Below are positions 1 to 10,358 of a DNA stretch of 64,000 bases, piece after piece (the first letter of the stretch is position 1; every line of letters begins with the position of its first letter). The position numbers were made by a program, and so were the translations under genes. Under the pieces are notes generated by a model. The model saw only the letters and a program-made list of their open reading frames with translations. It ran no database searches and was not told the origin of the DNA. The stretch is from Balanoglossus misakiensis (taxonomy: Eukaryota; Animalia; Hemichordata), in contig CM082580.2 of assembly GCA_040954595.2 (NCBI GenBank), positions 7,790,390 through 7,854,389 of the forward strand, written 5' to 3'.

Positions 1-2
1 GC

Positions 3-914
3 ATGCCACTTTGGAATTGTTCCAAAGCAGAATCGGTCATATACTCGGACGCATCGCAAAATGCATATGGAGGTTATATTGTTGAACACAGTAATGTGGT
101 AGCTCACGGTAACTGGAGCACATATGAGTCGGAACAGAGTTCCACCTGGCGAGAATTACAAGCAGTGTATAAAGTGCTGTTATCTATAGCCAGTTTTGTT
201 GCGGGACGGCACGTCAAGTGGTTTACTGATAACCAAAACGTAGTGACAATTGTCAATAAGGGCAGTATGAAACCTGAGCTACAGAAGATAGCTCTGGCAA
301 TTTTTGCAGTTTGCATGCAGTTTGGGATTTCAATCGAGCCAGAGTGGGTGCCTAGATCAGCCAATGAGCGTGCAGATTACATAAGCAAGCTTGTGGATAC
401 AGACGATTGGTCAGTAAACTTGCGTTATTTTAAACTGTTGAGCAAGCATTGGGGACCGTTCCGGGTAGATAGATTTGCATCATCATACAATGCTAAGTGC
501 GCGATCTTCAATTCCCGGTTTTGGTGTCCTAATACAGCAGCAATGGATGCTTTTACACAAGATTGGGGGTCAGAGGTCAACTGGTTGGTACCACCTACAT
601 ATCTAATAGGCAGGACATTAAGGCACCTCCAATTCTGCAAGGGAAAGGGAGCTTTGGTAATCCCGCTGTGGAGATCGGCCTATTTTTGGCCTTTGATTTG
701 CCCTGATGGGGTGCATTTAGCTCCGTTCATACATGATTGGTTAGAATTACCAAGCAATGATCCATTACTTTTCCTGCCAGGTAAGGGCAGAAATTCAGTC
801 TTCGGTGGAAGACCACTCAGTTTTAGAGTGCTTGCATTGTGGATAGATTTCAGCATTCCATGTCGAATGTTCAATAAGGAATTTTCCACAGTTTACATGG
901 GCAAGATGTGTTGA
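3..914 (+). CDS. C-terminal part of retroelement pol: DIRS-type RNase H plus N6-adenine methyltransferase-like domain (5' truncated by the window)
   Basis: RNase H motifs YSDAS, SSTWRELQAV, WFTDNQNV, EWVPRSANERADYISK; then DRFAS..NAKC..FNSRFW..DAFTQDW..NWLVPP, typical of the DIRS/PAT MT domain. Confidence 0.88.
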   Translation: MPLWNCSKAESVIYSDASQNAYGGYIVEHSNVVAHGNWSTYESEQSSTWRELQAVYKVLLSIASFVAGRHVKWFTDNQNVVTIVNKGSMKPELQKIALAIFAVCMQFGISIEPEWVPRSANERADYISKLVDTDDWSVNLRYFKLLSKHWGPFRVDRFASSYNAKCAIFNSRFWCPNTAAMDAFTQDWGSEVNWLVPPTYLIGRTLRHLQFCKGKGALVIPLWRSAYFWPLICPDGVHLAPFIHDWLELPSNDPLLFLPGKGRNSVFGGRPLSFRVLALWIDFSIPCRMFNKEFSTVYMGKMC

Positions 915-1022
915 CTGTTCCCCATAGTGGGAGGCTCTAGTGACCAGTCTAAGAAAGGGTCCATAGAAGCCTGATACTTCTGCTTGCCATCCGATGGGAA
1001 CTATGGCGTTAAGTTGTAAGAA

Positions 1023-2072
1023 TTGATCACTCAAAATTTTATTTTTGCAGAAGCGGATGTGTTTGACCATGGAATATGGAAAGAATTTAGTAATCTGGAA
1101 GATCCAGAGCTGCAACAACTGGTGAAGCACCTCCCAAGTATTGCCATGGCTTCACGAGCAGACTCTACTGTCAAGTTGTATACAAACGCTTTCCAGAAAT
1201 GGGCCACCTTTGCGGTCAAACATTCTTTTCCAGTTGTTCCTGCAGAAGCCTCACATGTTGCTTTGTATTTGAGTGGGCTTATTCAGAATTCGATTCAGGG
1301 AGGGAATACTAGACATTCAGTGGAAACTGCTGTTTACAGTATTCAGTGGGTACATCATACATCAGGTTTAACTTCTCCCACGCAGCATCCATTCGTTAAG
1401 AATTTAGTGGAATCAGCTAAGCGGTTGCTTGGGAGACCTGTGAGCAAAAAAGAAGCAGTCACTCCACAAATCCTCACAAATGTAGTGGAATTCTTCAAAG
1501 ATTCCCATTCTCTGCGTGATATAAGAGACATCTGTCTTATTCTTGTTGCATTTGCTGGTTTTCTTAGATTTAGTGATGTTATTAACATTAAGAGATCTCA
1601 CATTGCATTTTCTTCTTCACATGTTTCGATCGTCATTGACAAAAGCAAGAATGACCAATACAAGAAGGGCAATATTGTTCACATTGCCAAAACAGGTAAA
1701 CTCACCTGTCCTGTTACATATCTTGAGAGGTATTTGAGTGTTTCTGGCATTCCAGCAGATTCTTCCTGTTACATTTTTCGGCCTTTGTTTGCTTCCAAAG
1801 GCATCGTTTCATTGGTACATACTAACAAACATCTTAGTTATACCAGGGTAAGAGAGTTGGTGCATGAAAAACTAAAAGTGGCAGTTTCAGATGTCCACGC
1901 TTTTGGCACACACTCTCTGCGTATTGGAGGGGCGACCACAGCAGCAAAAGCTGGGGTACCTTCTCATAGGTTAATGAGACACGGTAGATGGCGTTCAGTA
2001 ACAGCCAAAGACGGCTACATTCAAGAGAGCATTTCTGAGGCTCTTTCGGTTTCTAAAACGTTGGGAGTTTAG
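1023..2072 (+). CDS. Tyrosine recombinase of the retroelement (first in-frame ATG at 1146; strong splice acceptor ending at 1050)
   Basis: Catalytic R (FAGFLRFSD), K (KSKNDQ), HxxR (HSLRIGG), HGRW and Y (KDGYI) all present; N-terminal SRADSTVKLY..F.KW core-binding segment. Confidence 0.92.
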   Translation: MITQNFIFAEADVFDHGIWKEFSNLEDPELQQLVKHLPSIAMASRADSTVKLYTNAFQKWATFAVKHSFPVVPAEASHVALYLSGLIQNSIQGGNTRHSVETAVYSIQWVHHTSGLTSPTQHPFVKNLVESAKRLLGRPVSKKEAVTPQILTNVVEFFKDSHSLRDIRDICLILVAFAGFLRFSDVINIKRSHIAFSSSHVSIVIDKSKNDQYKKGNIVHIAKTGKLTCPVTYLERYLSVSGIPADSSCYIFRPLFASKGIVSLVHTNKHLSYTRVRELVHEKLKVAVSDVHAFGTHSLRIGGATTAAKAGVPSHRLMRHGRWRSVTAKDGYIQESISEALSVSKTLGV

Positions 2073-2134
2073 TTTTAAAGGGTTGTCATTCTTTAGAGTT
2101 TGCCTTCACTTTCTTCCCCCTTCTGTGTGCAAGT

Positions 2135-2645
2135 CTATTGTTGTAATAAAGTTGCGGTGGTAGCGTAGCCACACACAGTAAAACTTGTGGTATGGCCTGT
2201 GTATTGTGTATTAGCCCAGGAGAAGAGACAAAACATGTTATTTCTCAAGGTACAACGTATAGAGAGAAATAAATGTTTTGTTGTTTCGTGAGGGCGCTGT
2301 TTATGGGAGTATGAATATCAAGTAGGTGGGGTTAATCAGGTCAGTCTACGCGCTACCACCGGCCAGTCAAGTCGCCTTGTGATCCGTTAAATTTTTTAGT
2401 TTCTTTTCTTTTCTGTTTTGGTTCAGGGACCCAACGCTTTTTCAGAGGAATTTTCCCTATAAAAGGGTTTTATAAGCTCTGTTTTTTAGGGCGGGGTCTA
2501 GGCGTATTTTCTGAGCTGCCATGTAAGAGTTCATTTGTTGTATCACTATTGTTGTAATAAAGTTGCGGTGGTAGCGTAGCCACACACAGTAAAACTTGTG
2601 GTATGGCCTGTGTATTGTGTATTAGCCCAGGAGAAGAGACAAAAC
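2135..2645 (+). repeat. Perfect 100-bp direct repeat (2135-2234 = 2546-2645) flanking a 311-bp spacer
   Basis: ctattgttgtaataaagttgcggtgg...ggagaagagacaaaac reads identically twice and contains AATAAA. Confidence 0.95.
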
Positions 2646-2756
2646 CTGTGTGTTGAGCGACTACACTTAATATGGACATACTGTAACCATGGAGATAGCT
2701 TCATGCTGTAACTAACCTCACCAGAGGAGAGTTTTGCGAAACAAACTAACAAAAAC

Positions 2757-5700
2757 ATGGCTGCCATCATAACCAAGGAAGATTTTTTGGTTTGTCTGAA
2801 TGGAAGGCGCTTTAAAGTTTATGAAAGGGGGTAAGTGACAACATTGTCAACCGTCGAATCCGAGCAAAGTTATGTGGACAATTTTGGGGGAGATATCGAC
2901 GCCACTCAATCCGATAACTCGCTTCATACCGCCCGTTGCCTTTCGCCATCCACGCTGCATTGCACGTGTGCATATGTTGCCTATTGTAGGCTCAGCCAGC
3001 GGCTGTCAACCCGGTGGTTGACAACAGACTGACGATATGGCGAAGTATACACTGTATACAGTGCATCTATCGTTTCTGTTGTATAAACCCGTTTCCGATT
3101 ATCGCAGCCCGTACTGTCAGCGTGTTTGTGTCCCCAGCCGGCAGCGCACTGGCGGAGATCCCGATGGACCCGAACGAACGATTTATGCAAACAAACTACG
3201 AGGGCGTCCTCCAAGCAACTTCGTTTCCAACACATGTGGGAGCTTAGCCAATTAAAAAAAATATATAGTCTGTTTGTGACAATGCCATCTTTTTGTCAAC
3301 AACATTGTCCTACTGAATTACCAGATTTATCTAATAAGAGTTAATTGTACAATGTAGAACAAGAGATTGACAAAAACTAATGTCCTGATTTTTGACAGGG
3401 GAACAGAGCCAGTGTTTTGTAGCAGCACCACAGAGAAGGTCCCGGCTGATGATAACACTAACAAGGGAGACAAGACTGACCAAGCCACAGAGTGAGTTAC
3501 AACATTCTCTTTATTTAGTCCATGTAGAAAGTGAATGGTGGCATACATAGTATGGATGGTAACAGCTGTTTAACTGAAAACAGAATGTTTCAGCCATCAG
3601 TTGACAAGTATTCAGACATGAAAATGTATTATAATTATTGAAGGCCATAGGTTACAGCACTTCATGTAGGTGTATAATAATGTTATTATTCAGCATTTCT
3701 TTATCCATTGACATTTTTTTCACATGATTTGTCTGCCTCTACAGCGATGACAACGGTGTTGGTAAAATACTGGCGCATGGTTTTGCTAAGAGTGCCGGAT
3801 ACTTTGCTGTGTGCGATGATTGCAAACAGCTGAAGATTTGGGAAACAGGGTCATGGAAATTACACAGTGTAAGGTACAAATAGGAAAATACAAATTAACT
3901 ACTGAAAATATCTGTATTTAGATCTTCTAAAAGTAAAAAAACTACCAAACTCAAAAAGGTTAAAAGTATGTGGACATTTTTTGACAATGAACAAGACGTA
4001 TTTTTAAAGTGTTTATTGCGCTCCCAAAAATGCATGAGAGTATAGAAATTTTGATTTGTGACTGGCAGTATAAGTTTGGAAAGACTAGGTATCTTTCTCA
4101 AGTCGCGTTCTTCAAAATCTTCTCTCCCAAAATTGCTTGGTTATTTTTTTTTCTTCAGGACTGTTGCCAAGCGATGTACAGCACTGACGTTTACAAACCG
4201 AGAAGATAGTGTCTTGGTCGCCGACAAAGCAGGAGACGTCTACCAGTTCTCGATGTCCGAAGCAGATAAACCCGGAGAACTAATCCTTGGACATCTGTCC
4301 ATGCTGCTTGATGTCGTAAGCCATTTGTTCCTTTGTTTGTTCATTCATTCATTCACCCAATGTCCTTTCCATTGCCAACTAAAGGCTGCGGCATCATCTC
4401 CTCTCATTAAACTTACTTTTTTATTTCCAGGCTGTATCCAGCGATGATAGATTCGTTATTACAGCGGACAGGGATGAGAAAATCCGAGTGAGTCATATCC
4501 CCAATGGATACAACATTCACACGTACTGTCTAGGCCATACAGAGTAAGTATGTGTCATAGAATTTCACACCCAAGGATTCAGGATTAGATTTCCAAAACT
4601 GTCCACACAGCATATCAGATGATAGGCGTACCATGTACTGGAAGATGTCCCTTCACACAGAATAATTTAATACCACACAGTTTCATTTATCACAATATTG
4701 TCTCTTTCTTGTTTCTAGTTTTGTAAGCAGACTGATTGTCCTACCATGGCAAGAAAACATTCTTCTGTCTGGCTCTGGGGTAAGATCGTCATCTTGCTTA
4801 ACGCAATCTGATTTCTTAATCAAAATCAACCAGAAGTTTCAGAATATCATGTGATACATGAATATCCAGTGTTTCATCTGGATTTCGAGTGACAATAGAA
4901 GTAGCTTTGTATTTATTTGTGCATTCATGTTGCGCTTCATCAAGTCTGTTCGTCCTCCCACAGGACGGCACCATCAGGGCGTGGAACTACGCACAGGGTC
5001 AACTTCTACGAACCTGCCAGTTACGCACAGAAACGGAAAACCAGAACGTGGCGGTCTCCTGCATCTCCTGCTGCGAACGGCACAGCCTGGTGGCAGTGCT
5101 GGCCGAGGGGATCCCGGCAATCTGGGTTCTCAGAATCCGGGAGCTCGGCGGTGACGGAGCGTTGGACGTTGCAGTGGTGCGCAGACTGGACACGGACACA
5201 CCTCCATTGCATGCGCACTTCCGCGGTCAGAGTTTGTGGGTACTTCAGCCGAACAGCGACCGGACAGTTTTGTCTTACCGGTGCTGTTGTGACGATGGCG
5301 AGATAACAGTAAGTGAAAATTGTTTCATCGGCTAATTAATGAACTTATCAGCGCAATGAAGCCAAGGAAAGCACAGGTGTCCAACGTCTCGTCACGAATT
5401 TCTTGAAGTCATCATTTCATCCTCCTTCGCTCACAGATAACTCCTCAAGGAATTCAAGAAAGAGCAGATGACAATCTACTGTGCATAATCGAAAAGGACG
5501 GGGAATTTTTCAAAGGTGAGTTACAAACGACTCAAAAACCACTTCACTTGATCACCACAGCAAACAAAAAAGCCTTAAAGAAGTTGAAGTAACCAAAATT
5601 CTTGCATTTCAGAAGGAGCAGAAGCAGAGCCATTCTACAGCCACCTGCACAAAAAAACTTTCAACAACATGCAAGATTATTTTTCAAGGAAACAACAGAG

Positions 5701-5785
5701 AATGGAAGAGAAATCAGCCAAGCAGAAGCTCCAAGAGTCAACGACAGCACCTGAGGCTAAAAAGCAAAAAGTTGACGAGTCGTGA
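2757..5785 (+). CDS. WDR4: WD-repeat protein 4 (Trm82), non-catalytic subunit of tRNA m7G46 methyltransferase; exons 2757-2830, 3399-3491, 3745-3873, 4159-4315, 4431-4543, 4719-4779, 4964-5308, 5437-5515, 5613-5785
   Basis: Spliced translation gives [72 protein letters not shown]; all GT-AG junctions are phase-compatible. Confidence 0.93.
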
Positions 5786-6802
5786 AAACACACAGCAACT
5801 TTACATATCAACTTATGATTTCTTGTATTTTCACATATTTTCCTCTCGGAAGACAGAAATATTTGCACCAGTAAATAAATTGTGAACTGTTGAATGATCG
5901 AATTTGAAATAGTTTTCCCGTGGTTTATTCCCCAAACGTGCAACTGAATACAGACTTTGTTGTGCAAAAAGTGGGTGTTGCATTGCTGATATCTAAGTTT
6001 GGTGAACTCTGATATGCTAATTTTGTTCAATTATGCAGATAAGCACTGTTGATCGATATAAATGTCTGAGTGTTTACTAATTCTGCCAGTTGATGATTGG
6101 TTGGCCATTGCAGGAGAATCGTCTGCCTGGGTGCAATTTACACAATCAGAAACCAGGTGGCCGATTGTTTTCTGGAAGAGCTTGAAAAACAAATCTGCGT
6201 TCAGGCGATACAGCCCTGGGCCCTTAGTTACAGCCTGCTCCGCACATTTGGAATGATAGTCGCCCTTCATTTTTGAGTAGCAATCTTTTTTAGGGGTTTA
6301 CACATCAAAGTGATTCAATTTGTTTAGATGTTCACATAAAGCTGTAAACGATTACACCGGCTGCAAGTCCTTTTTAACCTTTGCGAGTGGGTATGATTGT
6401 AGATAAGATAAATCAATAGTTTGATTAATTTTCACAGTTAATCGTGTCACTGGGGCCAGTCGTTCATGACACCAATTGATTGAAACACGGCCCCTCCGTG
6501 GTGGTGCAGGGACCATGATTCGCAGTCCGTGCCATTTTACTATACTACTAGTGTATGGATGTTTGCTTAATTGCAAAATTTCGTTGAATTTGCCAACGCG
6601 TAACTCGTCAACATGCATCCTTTTCCTTGCCAGTTGCATACCACGATGTTATATCGAGTTTAATAATAAACTTTTTATCATCGACGTAATGGAATTCTAG
6701 GCTTTCTGTCATATCTGTCAAAGGAAATTTGCCAAATTCAAACAAAGCTGAGTACACGTATTTCTTCGCGAGGACAGTTATCTTATGCCCAGGGTACGGA
6801 AC

Positions 6803-6834
6803 GTGACGTCAGCGGTGATCACTGATGACGTCAC
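6803..6834. promoter_or_regulatory. Near-perfect 32-bp palindrome carrying two full CRE sites (TGACGTCA)
   Basis: GTGACGTCAGCGGTGATCACTGATGACGTCAC; CREs at 6804-6811 and 6826-6833. Confidence 0.45.
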
Positions 6835-7993
6835 AGTCTCTGACAAATATGGGAGATCAACAGGTGTCTGGAGATTCAGTCTAATGCATGTTTGGCGAAT
6901 GGCGTAGCTTCGGCACATGTTGCCAAGAACGCCAACAATGCGAGGCTTTTAACAGCCAAGGGTACATCTCAAAAAACATATAAAGAGCACAAAATCAGTT
7001 TAAACCCGAATTACCGCGGTTTAGGCATACATTCTATTTTTAGTAACCGTCGATGACGGACGGACACACGGACGGCAATGTGTAAAGTTAGCACACGCGC
7101 GTTTAAAACAAATCCCTATTTTTTTCTCGATCCTTGGCTTCGTTTTTGCATCGCGTGAATTTCCCCGTTCTACTTTCCCCCTGGTGTGACTTCTACATGG
7201 AGTCACGGTCCGGACAGTGAGCCATTTTTGCCTCGGGGGTGTCCTTCCTATATTTACCAGTTAGTGTCGTCCTGCGGGGTGGGGTTTAGCATGATTAGAA
7301 TTTTTGCTCGCACAAAACGGACAAAAACCCACTACCGACTGAGCACCTCCAAAATAAGAGTGACCCCCACGAATCCACTGATCCTCCTCCGGAGAAACTG
7401 ACCAGTTCAAGGTACATGTGCTTGTTGGCCCTCAGTGCCAGCTTGGTACGACCGTTGACCATTTAACCTACTTCTACCGATGTAACCTCACCAGCCAAAC
7501 TCGTTTATTAAGGGCAAGCAGGCTCCCTCTGTCAAAACATTTTCAGACTGCGCCAGGCTGGCCGACAGCCAAGCCAGCGTGCAAAAAGGACAAAACACTT
7601 TTCACTTGCGCAAGAGCTCACAAAAATACCATCTCCATCACGACACCCTTGCACTTCACCTGTCGATCCACGGGCGCACTTTTCACTTTAAGAATGTCAG
7701 ATGTAACGTGACGGGTCTCTTCTATCTGTCAGACAGCGCTGTATTACAAATTATCTCGACTAATCATTGATAACATCGCAATCTGCATCATGTCGGCCTA
7801 AAGAGCAAGATTCCTCTATCTCTGAAACATTGGATGAATAATTATAGATATTGATTCTACATCGCATATCGTCGTGACATCCTTGTGATAAGAGGTCAGT
7901 CGTTAATGACATCGACTGGTTATCTGGGTTGCAGTCTGCAAAACACGGCAAAGCCAAACGCCCTGATTTAATTTTCTCCGCCGGTGTGGAAAG

Positions 7994-9925
7994 ATGCTTC
8001 GACGGCAGTTGTTGATCGGGATAGTCTTTCTCGGCGCCTTTTCCTCGTTCACGTCAGGTAACTGGCCCAACAGGCCTCAAAGTTTCGTCGTCTGGATTTT
8101 TTTCTTTTCTTTGGAAGTCGCCGCGTCCTCTATTCTGTAAAGGGGTGTGGACATAAATTTCGGCACTGCCGGAGAGCCACACGATTCTCTGAGATATCTA
8201 CAAGAACAGTCTTTATATGCCACTGCATTGCAATAACTGTTGGATTGGCAATTGCAGCCACAACACGCGAATTCCAAACCCACAGTTCACACATCAAGTT
8301 TTATAAAGTTTAATTGATTTTAAACGTTTGCTATTTCAGCTGAGGCAGTAATATGTGAGGACCCGGTAACAGAGGAGAGGCCCACTGTTTGGATAGGTAA
8401 GTGGATAGGCCCCTCAATGTTTGTCAGCCTTCTTCCCCAAAAAATATCAGTTGTGTCTGTCTTGTCGTCGTCGTTGGCAACCGCACATCTATCCAGTGTC
8501 AATGGGTCGGACTACAATTCCGGAGCTGATTTTTATCGTAATTTCTGCTTCCAGCTAAAGGACACCTTTATCACAGTGACTATTAAATGTCATTCGCCCT
8601 AAAAACAGTGTTTTCATATTTTATATATATTAGATGACGTGCCAGGATGCGTGGCCGACGAGACCTACTGCGAGCTGTACGGGATGGAGTACGTCTGCAG
8701 TGATGAGATCGAGTACCGCGAGGAACCGACCGAAGAACCGACTATGCCTTTCGTTTCGCCCTGGCCGTTACCCATTCCCTTGCCAGACCCTCCGGGGAAA
8801 GACCCCTTTTGTACGAACGGCACGCAGGTGCTGTGTCGGGTGGAGCCGGCCGTGGAGTTGACAGCGACCCAGGCGGCGAATGTGCTCACAGTGGTCATGT
8901 ACAACATCTACGAGCTGCGGTATTCTTTCGTGCAGGACGGCCAGCGCGAGCGCTCCTGCCGCGTCCTCTTCCGCACCTTGGAGACCACGCCCGACGTCGA
9001 CGTCATCGTCTTCAACGAAGTTTTCATGGGCGGGTGCTTCGGTCAGGACGGCAAGCTTGACCTCCGCGAGCTTCTGCGTTACCATGGTTTCGTGTACACC
9101 GCCACCGTCGGCGTGGCGACGTGTCAGTTTCAGGTTGCGCCTAATGTCGAGAACGGCGGCGTTGTGGTCGCGTCGCGGTGGCCAATTTTATACGAGGAAG
9201 AAATGGTCTACGAAAATTTTTTTGACGTCGATGGCACGTTTTTCTGCAAAGGGGCCATGTACGCTAAGATAGAGAAAACGATGGGCGAAGAAAGTCGGCT
9301 GTATCATGTCTTTGGTACGCATTTGCAAGCTTACGTCGGCGACGAAAACGACGACACCCGAGTTGCCCAGGCAACAGAACTGTACGAGTTCATGAAGACT
9401 TTTGAGATTCCCGAGAACGAACCGGTGATTTACGCTGGCGATCTGAACGCCGACGCCAAGGCCAACCCGCAGAACGCAATCGACGTTGTCAACGCCTTGC
9501 ACTCAACGGTGCCGACCCTCATCGGCGAGTACGACTACACCTTCGACCGCATCGATAACGACCTGCGCCTCGAGAACGACAGCTACGTCAGTTTCCTCGA
9601 CTACGTGGTCTACAGCAACGAACACCTGCTGCCGGACGACGACCAGGCGACGACGACGACTCTCGAGGTCCTGCGCGTACGCGACGACTGGTTTGACATG
9701 TGCCAGCAGAGCCCTCGCCGCAGGTACGTCTACCCGAACACAGAGGACTGCTGGGATACCGCCAGTGTGGGCGACCTCTCCGACCACTATTCTGTCAGGG
9801 CAGTTCTGTACTACCCAGAAGAAGTACCCACCCTACCCGGCAACGTCGGGATACAACTAACCATGAATACGATGCTGCTCTTGATTACTCCATTTCTCCT
9901 TGTCCTCTTTGGACTCGGGCAATGA
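7994..9925 (+). CDS. Bacterial-type sphingomyelinase C-like phosphodiesterase (EEP/DNase I fold), secreted, probably GPI-anchored; exons 7994-8057 and 8634-9925
   Basis: Signal-peptide exon MLRRQLLIGIVFLGAFSSFTS joins in phase 1 to the 428-aa ORF; motifs YNI, DVIVFNEVF, NGGVVVASRWPI, KGAMYAKI, GTHLQA, PVIYAGDLN, LDYV, DLSDHY; hydrophobic C-terminal tail. Confidence 0.88.
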
Positions 9926-10358
9926 AACCACCAAAATTCGAATTCTTGTCGAAATGAACCTTTTTTTTCACATTTACATCATATCAACCCTAAAGTTTAA
10001 ATTTGTAGTTCGTATTTGTGAATTGTGTTTCAATAATGTTTTCCTTTCCCACTCTTGATAATCATCACTGAATCTCGCTCCAAAAACAGGAGATGCACAT
10101 AGGCCATCGCAAATCGTAAGGGACTGTTACAGTACCATTTTAGCCGCAGAGAGGTTTTGAGCAAAAGAGGCCGGGTCCAATCCAGTAAGGGGACTCACTG
10201 AGCCCCGAATTCGAAACTCAAAGCTCAGTACAGAAACTCACTCAAAGCAAGTAAACACGTACGAAAGGCATTGGGTAAAAAATAACGAGACAGCGAACAA
10301 CCAAATCAGTTAAGAATCTTTATAAGGACAAAAATCACCAAGCGACTAGTGGCCTAGT

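Larger units (their letters stand above)
1..2645 (+). mobile_element. 3' half of a DIRS-order tyrosine-recombinase retrotransposon with split direct repeats (PAT-like); 5' part lies outside the window
   Basis: RNase H and MT-like ORF (3-914), then a tyrosine recombinase ORF (1023-2072), then a B1-A2-B2-like 3' end with an identical 100-bp repeat at 2135-2234 and 2546-2645. Confidence 0.9.

Noticed and set aside
2135-2645. Direct repeats as a CRISPR array or classical LTR pair
   Set aside because: Only two 100-bp copies, both 3' of the ORFs, no TG..CA ends, eukaryotic context; fits split direct repeats
8634-9925. Bacterial contamination as the source of the SMase ORF
   Set aside because: It has a phase-compatible spliceosomal intron to a signal-peptide exon and sits between clear animal genes
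8634-9957. Multiple overlapping ORFs on both strands
   Set aside because: Shadow frames of the GC-rich sphingomyelinase exon
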